From assembly GCA_903844895.1 (NCBI GenBank), contig CAIMVM010000247.1, positions 32 to 64,031 of the forward strand: 64,000 nt of DNA. Direction: 5' to 3'. Positions 10,601 to 20,807 of this stretch are shown piece by piece. The first letter of the stretch is position 1, and each line of letters starts with the position of its first letter. The position numbers and the translations under genes are program-made. The notes under the pieces are model-generated. The model saw only the letters and a list, made by a program, of their open reading frames with translations, searched no databases and was not told the DNA's origin. Origin of the DNA: an uncultured Pseudomonadota bacterium (lineage in GTDB: Bacteria; Bdellovibrionota_B; Oligoflexia; Oligoflexales; CAIMVM01).

Positions 10601-11516
10601 TCACATGCAGTCTATGCGCGATAATCCAGAGGATGCGCTGGCGGAGTATCTTTCCAAACAAAATGAGCAGGACCCGGGACTAGCGAGTTTTGAAAGTTTC
10701 GACTCTAACAGAAGACCCATCTCATATAAAGACCGCCCCTTAGTGGCTGTTTTGCGTGAAGAAGGGGTCAATGGGCATCTTGAAATGGCTGCTGCATTTA
10801 CCAAAGCTCAATTTACTTGCGTTGACGTCCATATGTCAGATCTAATTTCTGGGGAAGTATCCCTTGCCAAATTTAGTGGTCTTGTTGCTTGTGGTGGATT
10901 TTCGTACGGTGATGTATTAGGAGCGGGTGAGGGTTGGGCTAAAACGATTTTATTCCATCGTCGTCTGCGTCAAGAATTTGAAACCTTTTTCAAGCGTCAG
11001 GATGTCTTTGCTTTAGGTGTTTGTAATGGCTGTCAAATGATGGCTTCTCTCAAAGAGATTATTCCTGGTGCGGATCATTGGCCGCGATTTGTAAAGAATC
11101 GTTCCGATCGTTTTGAGGCGCGAGTCGCCCTTGTAGGGATCCATGAAACGTCATCTATTTTCTTTAAGGGGATGGCGGGTAGTCGTATTCCTATAGCAGT
11201 GTCACACGGAGAAGGGCAGGCAGAGTTTCGAGAGATGGACTCTCTTTCTCAATCACGCGCCCAAGTGGCGCTCAGGTATTTAGATCATTTCGGCCAAGCA
11301 ACAGAATCTTATCCTAGAAACCCCAACGGCTCTCCAGAGGGGATTGCTGGTTACATCAATGAAAATGGTCGCATTCTTATCATGATGCCACATCCCGAGC
11401 GCGTCTATAGAACTCTGAGTCATAGTTGGCATCCAGAAAGTTGGGGTGAGAATTCTCCATGGCTTAGAATGTTTGAAAATGCCAGGGAATTTATAGAAGG
11501 CGTAAAAACCAAATAG
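7605..11516 (+). CDS. purL: phosphoribosylformylglycinamidine synthase, single-chain large form
   Basis: 1303 aa with a GTG start. Motifs: '[16 protein letters not shown]', '[27 protein letters not shown]', and a C-terminal glutaminase domain with 'GVCNGCQMM' and 'MMPHPER'. Confidence 0.95.
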   Translation: MLILKGSQVFSRSAQNRLLGELKSQNSQIEEISAFYVHFVSLSSELAPHELEILEKLLTYGPKSEGKGTSIETQDRTQIGCEFTVIPRLGTISPWASKATDICKNVGLEKVLRLERGKFFQIKGNVTKEVVAPWLHDQMTESVIQELGDAKQLFKSLKPKPVTLIEIRKYGKQALLDANQNLGLALALDEIDYLLKAFEGLGRDPTDVELMMFAQANSEHCRHKIFNASWSLDGVQREKSLFQMIKNTFEKSPHGILSAYKDNASVMEGFVGKRFRVDSSNHTYQSCEEPIDILMKVETHNHPTAIAPYAGAATGSGGEIRDEGATGRGSKPKAGLVGFSVSNLKVPGYTLPWELDNGKPDRMASALQIMIDGPLGAAAFNNEFGRPALTGYFRTYEQRISMSQGFEVRGYHKPIMIAGGYGNIRRNHIQKKSMTAGAKIVVLGGPAMLIGLGGGAASSVASGDSRESLDFASVQRDNAEMERRCQEVIDSCTALGDQNPICYIHDVGAGGLSNAVPEIINDGGLGGVIQLRNIPCDEPEMSPLELWCNESQERYVLTVAQADLGRFEEMCHRERAPFAVIGETTMEKRLIVEDSYFNNRPIDMPLDILLGKPPKMHREARKHPGPVNTLQHQNLDLNDALTRLLQLPAIADKSFLITIGDRSVTGLVARDQMVGPWQIPVADCGVTALSYEDTCGEAMAMGEKGPLAVVNYRASARMAVGEAILNLAAADVEKLEDIRLSANWQAAAGHERDGAGLYEAVEAIGMDLCPQLGIAIPVGKDSMSMQTSWSEVDSNGTRSNKTVTSPMSLVISAFSRVQDVRRTWTPELRHVEGGSLLVWVDLGCGKFRLGGSCLSQVYNQVATETPDVDGDLLKRFFAAVTDLRRKNLVLAYHDVSDGGLLLTAIEMAFAGRASLELDISDFKGSDSQVLFSEELGALFQIKSSDQDSFSQILNHHGIDSLHVMSSVTKGTSISVIRDGKNVLSRERPELMSLWSKLSYHMQSMRDNPEDALAEYLSKQNEQDPGLASFESFDSNRRPISYKDRPLVAVLREEGVNGHLEMAAAFTKAQFTCVDVHMSDLISGEVSLAKFSGLVACGGFSYGDVLGAGEGWAKTILFHRRLRQEFETFFKRQDVFALGVCNGCQMMASLKEIIPGADHWPRFVKNRSDRFEARVALVGIHETSSIFFKGMAGSRIPIAVSHGEGQAEFREMDSLSQSRAQVALRYLDHFGQATESYPRNPNGSPEGIAGYINENGRILIMMPHPERVYRTLSHSWHPESWGENSPWLRMFENAREFIEGVKTK

Positions 11517-11623
11517 CAATTTGAAACTCATGACCATTTTTGACTGGCTACGTAGATAGCCACATAGATATGGAATCGGCGGTCTAAAGAATATCTATCT
11601 TTTTATGCATTAGAAACGTCGTT

Positions 11624-12031
11624 CTAGGGGGTTTTTTCTGGAATGCCTGTTGATTTTAACATTTCGGGCTTGAAGCTAGTTCTTAATCGCACCATCCGTG
11701 TGAGATCCTGACTTAACCTGCCTTGAATCAGAAATCCACTTGGTGCATTCATTTTTCCTTCTATAAGACTCTCTGAAAAATCGATATTCGTGCGAGATTG
11801 TTCCACAAGTTTAGTATCTCCGAGGTCATTGACATCGCCCTCTTCTTTTGTCTGAACGGCCGTGTCTTTCTTTGGGGGCGAAGGACTCGCTAGAGATTTG
11901 GAACTCTCGACTTTATGCTGGGGCAAAGACTGCTTTTGGGGCTTGCTTTGGGGGTTTGTCTGCGAAATGCCGAGCTTCGAGACTGAAATCACCGCAACCA
12001 TGAGGATGGGGATTAAAGGAATTGAAATCAT
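11624..12031 (-). CDS. small secreted or membrane-anchored protein, last gene of the TPR operon
   Basis: N-terminal hydrophobic segment 'MISIPLIPILMVAVISV', a P/Q/K-rich linker and a conserved-looking C-terminus. GGGAGG lies 8 nt upstream. Confidence 0.5.
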   Translation of the reverse strand: MISIPLIPILMVAVISVSKLGISQTNPQSKPQKQSLPQHKVESSKSLASPSPPKKDTAVQTKEEGDVNDLGDTKLVEQSRTNIDFSESLIEGKMNAPSGFLIQGRLSQDLTRMVRLRTSFKPEMLKSTGIPEKTP

Positions 12032-12054
12032 ATGTATGTCCTCCCTTATCGATT

Positions 12055-13089
12055 CTAGTGGCCGATCAGATCATTAAGAGCGTTATCATCAGCATTTTTG
12101 AGTTCGGCTTCTCTATTCTCCTCGGCTTGCATGGAAGGTGTTTTTGCTGGCTTTGACTGCATTTTTTTGACTTCTTCAGCGATTTCTGAGTCACCTTTTT
12201 CAAGTTCCTTCAATCGATCTTGGGCAACCTCTATCATAGCGATGGCTTCATCGGAATTGGGTAGGGCTTTTTTTGTAGAGGCAAGGTAGCTTTTTAGAAC
12301 TTCAAGTGACTTTTGGTATTTTTCGGAGGTGTAGAGAACAGATCCATAGTTGTAAAGTACAACATGGTTTTTCCCGTGGTCGCTACTTAACTTCTCTAAG
12401 TCGGTCTCAGCTCCCGCTAAATCTCCCCGGCGGGCCTTGATCATAGCCATCATAAGGAGAGCATCAGGTTGCGTAGGTACAAGTGATAAGGTTCTTTCAA
12501 ATTGGATTCCTGCTTTTCGATCCAAGCTATGATCTAGTAGCATCATCCCATAGTTAAGACGAGCTGCAATATTGGTTTCATCCAAGCGAATGGCAGATTC
12601 AAAATGAGCCCAAGCTACCTCAGGACGCGCCTTCTTGATAGCGATTAACGCGAGGAGATTATGCATTTCAGCTCCCCGGATCTGGGTCATAGATTCTCCT
12701 TGGAGAAGCATACTAGCCATATCAAGTAAGCCTTTGCGGTAGTACACTTGCGCCAATACTAACTTAGAATCCAAGTTCTTGATGTCAAGTTCCAGTGATT
12801 TTTTAACGTTTTTTTCTGCTAAATCAAGATTCCCTTTTGCGAGATATAAACGTGCAAGTTCAAGAAAACTATCTTTTCGACTTGTGTCTTTAGGCTTCTC
12901 GGTGAGGCTTGTTGTCAGCTTTTTGATAGCGCCGTCGGCTGCTCCTTTTTTAATTCCTTGACCGTGGAGACTCTCTGCAGAGTCAGTTGAGACAAGGGCT
13001 ACTTCATTCCGACTGCCGTCGACGTAACGAGCTGTCGTGGCTGCGCAACCTGAAATCAATAGAAAAAATGCTAAAGTTGTAACTTTCAT
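12055..13089 (-). CDS. TPR-repeat lipoprotein
   Basis: Lipobox 'FFLLISGC', multiple TPR-like repeats (for example 'LARLYLAKGNLDLAEKNVKKSLELD') and an AGGAGG RBS. Confidence 0.7.
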   Translation of the reverse strand: MKVTTLAFFLLISGCAATTARYVDGSRNEVALVSTDSAESLHGQGIKKGAADGAIKKLTTSLTEKPKDTSRKDSFLELARLYLAKGNLDLAEKNVKKSLELDIKNLDSKLVLAQVYYRKGLLDMASMLLQGESMTQIRGAEMHNLLALIAIKKARPEVAWAHFESAIRLDETNIAARLNYGMMLLDHSLDRKAGIQFERTLSLVPTQPDALLMMAMIKARRGDLAGAETDLEKLSSDHGKNHVVLYNYGSVLYTSEKYQKSLEVLKSYLASTKKALPNSDEAIAMIEVAQDRLKELEKGDSEIAEEVKKMQSKPAKTPSMQAEENREAELKNADDNALNDLIGH

Positions 13090-13098
13090 GGTTGCCTC

Positions 13099-16000
13099 CT
13101 AATGGCTTAAGCTTTTGGTGTCTTCAGTCAGTTTTAATCGATGCCCAAGATAGTTTGGTGAAATGATCTCGACAGAAATATTCCTGAACTCTGCCGGATT
13201 TATTTCAGACATTCTCGAGAACGCCGTTTTCGACCAAGGAGTAAAACTTGGGATATCTGCTGAGGCCTTCCATGCGTCGGAAAAATACTCTTTAGCCTGA
13301 TCTGATAAGCCTAAGGATAGTTTTTCCAACTGATTCTTTATTGCTTCGATGTCTTCCTTACTGCCAACGGGTTCTACATTAATGAGGTCTTTTGCAAAAG
13401 CTCGATGCATATCTCCGAGTTTTACATTCGAGGCGACGATATACTCAGGTCCAGAAGTCTTGGTGACTTCCACAAGTTTGTTTGTTATGGTTATCAGTAC
13501 TTGATTTTTTGCTTTAATGCTTGCTTCCAAGGTTCTCGGGCTTATCGGAGCTTGTTTAATAAAATTATCAACATCTTTTTCGGCAAATGCAAATAGGTAT
13601 TTGCCCACAATAGATCTCGCCTCATGCGCAGGTATTTTTGAATTAGCAAGTTTAGAGGCTAAAGACCTCAAGATTTTTGCCTTCTCTTTGTCTTCCGAGT
13701 TGAGTCCTATATGTGCCTCTGCGTTTACTTTCTCCTCAGGGCTGATAGCTGAATCAAAATAAGTCTGCCAGGCGTCTCTAGCTTCCATTTTGGAAGAAGC
13801 GAATTCGAGCATTTCGGCCAACTCTTTTTTAGACTCGTTGGCAAGGGGATCGTTCGGCCAGCTGCGTATAAAGTATAAGTAGGCAGCTTTCGCCTCAGCA
13901 ATCTTTCCTAGGCCTTTTCTTAGTCGCGCGCAATTGACAACCGCAAGTCTGCTTCTTGCGTCAGCAGGGTACTGGGTTGCAAAAAACATATAGTTGGTTT
14001 GGGCAAGATCGAATTCACCCAGATTTTCATGAGTTTCAGAGAGCGAAGCTAAAACATCGGCTCTAAGCTTGCTTTTAGGATAGGTTGCGATCAAAAGCTC
14101 ACTGGCACTGACAGCACCTACTATATACCCTGCTTTATAATAGTTTGTAATGGCATTGAAAGTCGCTTTGTCGGCGATGTCGTCAGCGGGGTAACTTTTT
14201 TGAAAGTTCGAGAAATGATCAGCTGCTTCTCTAAATTTACTTTCTTCCTCTAAAGCAAGTCCTTTACCAAATACAGCTTCCCTGAGTCTCCCGAGAAGAT
14301 GGGTGTGAAGAGGCTTATCCTCGATAAGCTGTGGCATTTTTAAATAGAGGCTAGCTTTTGCGTAAAGGTTGTCATAGTTTTTGTTTTCAAATTCATATTC
14401 GATAACAAATTTAGCGGAATCTTTGCCTTGTTTGGTCGCGGGAAACCTCTGAGCTATAGCCTCATAGACTTTAACGGAATCTTTTTTATACCCATAGCGA
14501 AAGAGCGTGCTAGCTAAACTAAACATCATAGTGGGAGCTAGTGGGTCTTGAGGGTAGAAGCTGACAAAGTTCTCTATGGTCTGCTTCCAAAGGACTCTCT
14601 CTTTAGGGAGTGCTGTGGGCTTGCTGGAAGGAGATAGCTTTTGGTCTTCAATTTTATTTTTAGTCAAATTGAGTTCTGCAGCCGCTACAGCGCTCGTGCT
14701 TGCTTCTTTCCTATACTTGTCTTGTTCCTTTGTCTGAGCGACAATAAGAAATTGCTTTGCGCTTGCTTCGGGTTGATTGAGGGTTAAAAGAAGGTCTGCA
14801 AGATAAAACCGAATTTCATAGGCAGAAGGATTCTTTTCAAAGTTTTCAAGATAGTTTGCGTATATCTTTGCAGCAGATATGGCGTATTCTTTATTAGCCG
14901 ATTTTTGATTTATTTTGTGAAATTTGGTTCCGTAGAATTTTGTTAGTCTTTCTCTATTTGCTAACACTTTTGCTGACAGATCTTTGTCTTTTTCCCACTC
15001 TTTGCTCCAAGGTGAGGTCGGAGCTAAATAGTCATTCATCGATTTAATAACATCAGCAAGCTTTACTATATTAACGCCATCCTCAGAGAGTTCTACCATT
15101 TTTGTTAGAACCTCAGGGTTCCTTTTTCTAAGTGGAGCTTCCGCTAAAATCTTGTTGTATAGCGTCAAGGATTCTTTTTTCTTGCCCTGGTCAGCATAGA
15201 TTCCGGCCAGGCGTTCAAGCATATCATAGTACTTGTCTTCAGCTCCTACTTCTTTGAAGAAAGCAAAGGCTCCTTCTATGTCGCCCGCGTCCGCCCAGAT
15301 GACAACTAAATCGTTTATAGCTTCGTCATGAAGATTGACGTTTTTAGAAGGTGCTTTGGATTTCATGGTCATGCGAACCACTAGCTTCATGGAAGTGAGA
15401 GATTGTTCAAATAGTTTCGCTGATTGGCTTTCTGAATCATGTGCTAAATTGTAGTTAGTCCAACCTAGTTTATAGATAGCATAGACAAAAGCTTTGTGTT
15501 CCTTAAAGTGCAAAAGCTTTTTATAATATTCTTGTGCCAATGGCATTTTACGCCTTTCAAAATAGAACTCCCCTAAGGCGAGACATCCGTCAGGAAAAAC
15601 TTCCGAGTCAGGGAATGCTTTGACCAGTCGAGTAAGGTATTCTTCCGCATTGTCATTTCCCGCTAGAAGCATAGATTGCCCGAGTACGTAAAGTGCTTTA
15701 GGAGTTTTTGCATTTTTAGGAAATTCAGTGACAAGTTTTCTAAGAATGGCAATGCCATTTGATAGCTCTATTTTAGAATTTACATTGTTCGGTTTGGGTT
15801 CGGGTTTAGAAAGGCTAGCATTGGCCTGTTTCTCTTTCGACCAAGCATCCCAATTGGCTTGAAACTGTGCATATTCCATCTCTCGGAGATAGTCGTGCCT
15901 TTCTAAGAGCATCTCTGCAAGTCTCAAAGTGAGTTCAAACTTCTTTGCGCCAGTTGGTTTTGAAGTCTTTAAAATATTAGATACTGTTTTAATGGTGGTG

Positions 16001-16185
16001 ACACGAATGGCATCTGCTTTTTGCTTGTTTTCCGTTGTGTCAGACGCTGATGGAAACGCTGTAAACTTGTCAACCCCAGGCAATGTCACTACACGAGAAG
16101 TCTTTTTGATAGCAGTTTGACCATAGCTTAGTCCGCTAGAAAGAACGATCCCAAGATAACTTATACATAGCCATTTAATTAACAT
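13099..16185 (-). CDS. large (1028 aa) secreted TPR-repeat protein
   Basis: Signal-like N-terminus, with repeated TPR/YbgF-like motifs throughout ('AIYKLGWTNYNL', 'ALYVLGQSMLLAGN'). It is tightly packed with its neighbours (3- and 9-nt gaps). Confidence 0.7.
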   Translation of the reverse strand: MLIKWLCISYLGIVLSSGLSYGQTAIKKTSRVVTLPGVDKFTAFPSASDTTENKQKADAIRVTTIKTVSNILKTSKPTGAKKFELTLRLAEMLLERHDYLREMEYAQFQANWDAWSKEKQANASLSKPEPKPNNVNSKIELSNGIAILRKLVTEFPKNAKTPKALYVLGQSMLLAGNDNAEEYLTRLVKAFPDSEVFPDGCLALGEFYFERRKMPLAQEYYKKLLHFKEHKAFVYAIYKLGWTNYNLAHDSESQSAKLFEQSLTSMKLVVRMTMKSKAPSKNVNLHDEAINDLVVIWADAGDIEGAFAFFKEVGAEDKYYDMLERLAGIYADQGKKKESLTLYNKILAEAPLRKRNPEVLTKMVELSEDGVNIVKLADVIKSMNDYLAPTSPWSKEWEKDKDLSAKVLANRERLTKFYGTKFHKINQKSANKEYAISAAKIYANYLENFEKNPSAYEIRFYLADLLLTLNQPEASAKQFLIVAQTKEQDKYRKEASTSAVAAAELNLTKNKIEDQKLSPSSKPTALPKERVLWKQTIENFVSFYPQDPLAPTMMFSLASTLFRYGYKKDSVKVYEAIAQRFPATKQGKDSAKFVIEYEFENKNYDNLYAKASLYLKMPQLIEDKPLHTHLLGRLREAVFGKGLALEEESKFREAADHFSNFQKSYPADDIADKATFNAITNYYKAGYIVGAVSASELLIATYPKSKLRADVLASLSETHENLGEFDLAQTNYMFFATQYPADARSRLAVVNCARLRKGLGKIAEAKAAYLYFIRSWPNDPLANESKKELAEMLEFASSKMEARDAWQTYFDSAISPEEKVNAEAHIGLNSEDKEKAKILRSLASKLANSKIPAHEARSIVGKYLFAFAEKDVDNFIKQAPISPRTLEASIKAKNQVLITITNKLVEVTKTSGPEYIVASNVKLGDMHRAFAKDLINVEPVGSKEDIEAIKNQLEKLSLGLSDQAKEYFSDAWKASADIPSFTPWSKTAFSRMSEINPAEFRNISVEIISPNYLGHRLKLTEDTKSLSH

Positions 16186-16188
16186 ACC

Positions 16189-17742
16189 TTACTCCTTTGA
16201 CACTGCGGAACACATTGATTTTTCTTTAAACACATAGAATCCAATTTCGTCAGCCCAAAACTCATCTTTGTCGGAAGCAGCCCAAGTTTGCTTCACTCCT
16301 ATATTCCAAACACCTGGCTTTTTCGCAGAAGCATCAGTGATTTTTGAGTCTTTGTAAAGTTCCTTTCCAAGAAGCTTGTCTTTTTCACTTGTGAGTAGTT
16401 CTACATAGAGCAATTCTGCGTGCTCTCTGAGGCGCACAAAATCCTTATGTAGTACCATCAGTTCTCGAAGGAGCTGTTCTCCGAGAAGAAGCTTGGATAT
16501 TTCAATTTGAGCATCAAGCACTTTAGCGACATTATCAATGGATTTGCTCCTATTTACACCTTTAATCTGGAGCTTCTTTTTTTCATCATAGAGACCAGCT
16601 AGATGTTCTCGAAAGGGAACTAAGCTCTCCTGGAATATGGCTTCAGCCAATAGGTTGCGGTCGATTCCTATGGAGTCCGAGCTAACGCCAGTGGTAAAGT
16701 TTTCAAAAATCTCCCAAGCATCTTTTGCGGATGTTGTTTTTTTCTCTAGGAAATCATCAAGACCTTTAATCGTGCTTTGATGTCTCGAAATAAATTTGGC
16801 TAAGGAGATTCTCGAGGCATTATAGTCGCATAACCAAAAGTAGATTATGCTTTCTAGCATGTCAGCTTCAGGTTTGTAGCGTGAGCTGTACCATGGGCTT
16901 GTTAAGCTATAGAGACTTCCCAGTGCATGATTAGGATAGCCGCCCATAAACAGCGCCCAAGACTGCTCAAATAATGCGTCTGAGTAAAATGGAGTGGATT
17001 TCTCCACATTGCGGTAGGCTTGAATCGAAAGGTCGAATTTTGAAGTTTCGTAATAGACTCTGGCAAGGTTTAGCCAAAGTTCGCTGCGAAGCTTAACTTT
17101 AACTTTTTCTGGGTAACTGGTGCCTTGTCTGAGGTCAAGTCGGACAAGTGAGGTTCTTAAGTTCTTCTTAGCCTCTTCAAAGTTGTCTTGGCTGGCAGCA
17201 AGTACTGCTCTATGAAAGAGGGCTTTGGGATAGTACCAAGAATTTTGATCTACATTCATGAAAGCTTTTTTTGCTTCTTCTTTTGCGCCTGTCTTCTCTA
17301 ATCTTAGGCCATTAAAATAGTTCCAATCTTGCCCAAATCCAGGTGGACTCGCGTCTTTTAATGATACTTGAGTAAGTATCTGGGATAGGTCAGTTTTTTT
17401 TGAGGCTTTTGCTGCCTCTTGCCAATTTCGGTCTATCCATTTTGGAAATGATTTGGAGTCTAGGGCGTTTTGTGCTTTTACTAAGATGGCTGTTGCAAGT
17501 CGCGGGAATCCTGCTTTATAGAGTGTGTCTGCTTCTTGGCTATGAAAGAGCGCTTTTTCTTTATTGTCGGCGCTTTCCAATAGTGGGTAGAGCAGCTCTA
17601 AATTTTCCCAGTTAGCTTTTGCTGAGTTTTTCGGGTTGGATGCCGCTACTATTTTTTTTGTGAATTCGGTCGGTGCTCCCTGCGCGTTTGGCGTAAGTAG
17701 TAGTGCAAATCCGATTGCTATAATTGGTGTCTTTACTTCCAT
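16189..17742 (-). CDS. secreted TPR-like protein (about 517 aa)
   Basis: I chose the start at 'MEVKTPIIAIGFALLLTPNAQG' (signal peptide). The longer ORF from 17817 overlaps the upstream gene. TPR-like 'LARVYYETSKFDLSIQAYRNV'. Confidence 0.6.
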   Translation of the reverse strand: MEVKTPIIAIGFALLLTPNAQGAPTEFTKKIVAASNPKNSAKANWENLELLYPLLESADNKEKALFHSQEADTLYKAGFPRLATAILVKAQNALDSKSFPKWIDRNWQEAAKASKKTDLSQILTQVSLKDASPPGFGQDWNYFNGLRLEKTGAKEEAKKAFMNVDQNSWYYPKALFHRAVLAASQDNFEEAKKNLRTSLVRLDLRQGTSYPEKVKVKLRSELWLNLARVYYETSKFDLSIQAYRNVEKSTPFYSDALFEQSWALFMGGYPNHALGSLYSLTSPWYSSRYKPEADMLESIIYFWLCDYNASRISLAKFISRHQSTIKGLDDFLEKKTTSAKDAWEIFENFTTGVSSDSIGIDRNLLAEAIFQESLVPFREHLAGLYDEKKKLQIKGVNRSKSIDNVAKVLDAQIEISKLLLGEQLLRELMVLHKDFVRLREHAELLYVELLTSEKDKLLGKELYKDSKITDASAKKPGVWNIGVKQTWAASDKDEFWADEIGFYVFKEKSMCSAVSKE

Positions 17743-18437
17743 AGAAAGGCTCCAATTCCTAGATCTAGTGACCAGACCGTATGCAATGAGTCTTGATTGG
17801 CTCTCTTTTCGCTCCAACGACGTTGTCTAAAGTCATACTGTACGTTGAAAAATCTATTGAGATAAAAACGTTGTCCAAATCCCCAAATGATGTCTTTTTT
17901 GGAACCTTGATCTGTATCAAGTTGACCAAACCCTAGGACCGTATAGATGTCCGAATAGATTAGAAACTGGTTTGCGATATTGATTTTTCCATAAAAAGGA
18001 ACTCCGACTAGACTATATTCTGTAAATTTTGCAACGCGGTTAACTTCTGGGTCCGGTGAAACCAAAACCGAAGTGGCGGGGTTGCTACAATCAGCATCTA
18101 CTTTACAGTATTGGATTCGATTCAAGGCGATGCGGTCGGGAGCGTCTTCTACAGTAGTAGTTCCTGACTGGATTTCAAATCCCACCCATTCATTAGGGAA
18201 GATACTCATTCGACCGCCTTTGTAGGTAGTCTTCGTAAAGCCCTCATCTAGGAATCTTCCGGTTATATAGGAAAGGTTGGGGCGCCAAGATTTTGTAAAG
18301 TATCTGTTTTGGACAACTCCCACGACTTTATCCCTGGGTTCACCTCGAATGCTGGAAGCGTCTAGCTCGGCCGCCCAGGATTTGCTCGTTATTGACGTAA
18401 TCATAGCTAATGTGATCGCTAGACTGCGCTTTTTCAT
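17733..18437 (-). CDS. outer-membrane beta-barrel protein (myxobacterial 'OMP_myx_plus'/GltA-GltB-like)
   Basis: I chose the start at 'MKKRSLAITLAMITSITSKSWA' (GGAG RBS). The 'VVQNRYFTK' motif, alternating beta-strand pattern and aromatic C-terminus ('GAFLWK') fit an OM barrel. Confidence 0.6.
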   Translation of the reverse strand: MKKRSLAITLAMITSITSKSWAAELDASSIRGEPRDKVVGVVQNRYFTKSWRPNLSYITGRFLDEGFTKTTYKGGRMSIFPNEWVGFEIQSGTTTVEDAPDRIALNRIQYCKVDADCSNPATSVLVSPDPEVNRVAKFTEYSLVGVPFYGKINIANQFLIYSDIYTVLGFGQLDTDQGSKKDIIWGFGQRFYLNRFFNVQYDFRQRRWSEKRANQDSLHTVWSLDLGIGAFLWK

Positions 18438-19005
18438 TGGAATCTCCTCTAAGTAGCACCACTCGTGGATTCGGATATTTGACAAAAAAAATGAATCATT
18501 TCTTCACTTGGAAAATAACACTAATTATTATAGCTGGTTGCTGACTTTGGAGGGGGATTTTTACGTGACCAAGTAATTTTTTGAAGTAATTTTTTACACA
18601 AGCAATCTTTAACTTGCGCTTAAAAGGAATCTGAAGAAGCCTTCTGATGAAGGAATCATTTCGTTTTCTCTTGTTCCTTCGGTTTCTATTTTTTAAACCT
18701 CAGCGCAGCAGGCACAGCGTATAACATAAATGCTTGAGTGCTTGAACTTTTCTTGATTAGTAATGAGCCGTCTAGATCCTTTTTAAGAGACGTTTTTTAG
18801 CGAGGTGAAGGTTTAGGTTTTTTTCGAGAAATCAGCTCCCTAGGACCAACTTATAGAGCTGTTACACGCCTCTGGTGGCTTGCAGGTTTATTAAGAAAAT
18901 TTAATCAATTGCCCAGTCTTAGGGGCCGAATCCAACACAGTCGAGTTGTATTTGGCCTTTAGCTGGGTTTTACGTTGTGCTGCTAGTTGCGCTTTACCTT
19001 CGTCT

Positions 19006-19911
19006 TTACGTTGGGTTATGAAAAAGGAGCCAAGTGACTTCGTGTTTGTTGTGATAAAGGTGAATGATTTGCGAACCTGCAATCGATCGGAACTGCTCTA
19101 ATATGGCATAAGGATTTTCACCTTGGAATTTAATTGTCAGTACGAAATTTCTCTGCTTTGAGTCTGAAAGCCAGGGTAGCAAAAAATCGTAGAGTTTTTC
19201 AGGATAACAAATCAAATCGCTGAAAACCCAGTCAATCTCTGGGTTGTCTTTAGGATTGAATTTAAACGCATCGCCTTTTTTAAAGGTGACCAGCGGATGC
19301 TCCATAAGATCATTTTGTAGCGGTGCTCGATCAACGGCGATTACTTTTGCTCCTAAGTGGGCTAGAACCCAGGTCCATCCACCCGGCGATGCGCCAAGGT
19401 CCAGGCATAAGTCATTTTTTCCAGGACGAATAGGCATTCTGGTAAAGAGGTCCCAAAGCTTTAAATAGGCGCGCGAAGGTGGGCTTGTCTTATCTTCTAC
19501 AAATTCCATGCTTCCATGGGCCCAGGGGGAACTTGTGCGGGATGCTGCCAGTAGAAGGTTAGGCTCAACCAGCGTAAATCCTCCCATAGGCTGCGTGGGG
19601 AGGGGGGCGTCGAATGTTATTCGTTTTGCACTGACATGGGGAAGTGCTTCTGCAATGAGGTTTAGGCGGCTTTTATGCTCATAGTGGTAGGGGGCCCAAT
19701 TTCTTTGCTTTGCTTTTAACTTCTTTGCAGCATCGCCAATGGAGGCGATCTCTATAAACTCAGGATGAAACCACGTGTTTTGAGCCCAGATTGATTCCTG
19801 GTAAGGGCCTTCACAAAGAAAAAGTCGATCATAGCAAGCTTTGATGTTTTTAAGTTCCTGAGCGAGCTGATCCTTGAAGTCTAGGTGAGCAAGATAGGCA
19901 GTCAAAGTCAT
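19006..19911 (-). CDS. FtsJ-like SAM-dependent rRNA 2'-O-methyltransferase (RlmM-like)
   Basis: 'CLDLGASPGGWTWVLAHLGAKVIAVDRAPL' is an RlmM/FtsJ SAM motif. I chose the ATG at 19911, which overlaps the upstream stop (ATGA). Confidence 0.7.
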   Translation of the reverse strand: MTLTAYLAHLDFKDQLAQELKNIKACYDRLFLCEGPYQESIWAQNTWFHPEFIEIASIGDAAKKLKAKQRNWAPYHYEHKSRLNLIAEALPHVSAKRITFDAPLPTQPMGGFTLVEPNLLLAASRTSSPWAHGSMEFVEDKTSPPSRAYLKLWDLFTRMPIRPGKNDLCLDLGASPGGWTWVLAHLGAKVIAVDRAPLQNDLMEHPLVTFKKGDAFKFNPKDNPEIDWVFSDLICYPEKLYDFLLPWLSDSKQRNFVLTIKFQGENPYAILEQFRSIAGSQIIHLYHNKHEVTWLLFHNPT

Positions 19912-20699
19912 TTGATAAGACCAAAGGAGAGATGTGATGCAAAGATGCCCGCAGCAACGCTGACATTTAAGCTTTCTACGTTTCCTGTTCCAGGGATAGC
20001 TACCTGCTTTGTGCAAATTTTCGAAATTTCGTTTGAAATGCCCGTGGACTCAGCGCCTAACACAAGAATAGTTTTGGCTTTAGGGGTCCAATCTTTAAAG
20101 GAAATCGAGTTGTGAGAGGAGGTACCAATAATTTCGTAGCCTCTTGCTTTAAGGTCATTTAGGACTTCAATAGGTTCTCTCAGGCGAACCATTTGTACTA
20201 ATTCACTTGCGCCTTCGCTTGTTCTGGCCGCTGACGCGGAAAGTTCGGGAAGCGCATCTTCGTTTCCGATCATCCACTTGAATCCAAAGTGAGCAAGAGT
20301 TCGCATGATGGCACCAAGGTTATGGGGATTGGACACCCCATCCATAAAGAATAAGGGTTTTGGAGGCTCAGCAAGTAGAGTTTTCATAAACTCCACTTCC
20401 GACATAGGCTTTTTCTTTTTTACAACCATGCCAATGCCTTCATGGTGAACTGAACCTATGATCTTCTCAAGTTCAGCGTCCGTTACGATATGATAGGCCT
20501 TCTTGTTATCGGCACAGAATTTAAGAACAGCTGAAGCTGTCTTAACTTTCCGCTCTGTGACATAGGCCCTTATGATGTCGTTTTTGCGGGATTCGAAAAC
20601 GGCGAAGCAAGTATGAAAGCCGTAGAGTCTCATCTCTAAACCCGATTTTAATCCATACCATCCGCCATCTTCTGTCCGACGGTCACCTTGTTTTCCCAT
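19908..20699 (-). CDS. SpoU/TrmH-family RNA 2'-O-methyltransferase
   Basis: 'GVSNPHNLGAIMRTLAHFG', 'LVLGAESTGIS' and 'IPGTGNVESLNVSVAAGI' are the three SPOUT motifs. Confidence 0.8.
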   Translation of the reverse strand: MGKQGDRRTEDGGWYGLKSGLEMRLYGFHTCFAVFESRKNDIIRAYVTERKVKTASAVLKFCADNKKAYHIVTDAELEKIIGSVHHEGIGMVVKKKKPMSEVEFMKTLLAEPPKPLFFMDGVSNPHNLGAIMRTLAHFGFKWMIGNEDALPELSASAARTSEGASELVQMVRLREPIEVLNDLKARGYEIIGTSSHNSISFKDWTPKAKTILVLGAESTGISNEISKICTKQVAIPGTGNVESLNVSVAAGIFASHLSFGLIK

Positions 20700-20807
20700 A
20701 TTCTAGACCTCCCGAGGAAACCTCGTTTAGCCTATTCCCACTCTAGTTTCAAGAAAACAAAGAAAAAGGCGTGCGGCTGAATATAAGTGCCCATAAATTA
20801 TGGGAAA

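Noticed and set aside
11564-11605. Hairpin ATAGATAT...ATATCTAT plus T-run between the convergent purL and TPR-operon ends, considered as a terminator
   Set aside because: It is an 8-bp all-A/T stem with a 19-nt loop, too weak to call confidently. The partial similarity to the hairpin at 1621-1651 is only a 9-mer.
18891-19082. 63-aa ORF overlapping the 3' end of the RlmM-like gene
   Set aside because: It is short, overlaps a supported CDS, has low-complexity basic sequence and lacks an RBS.
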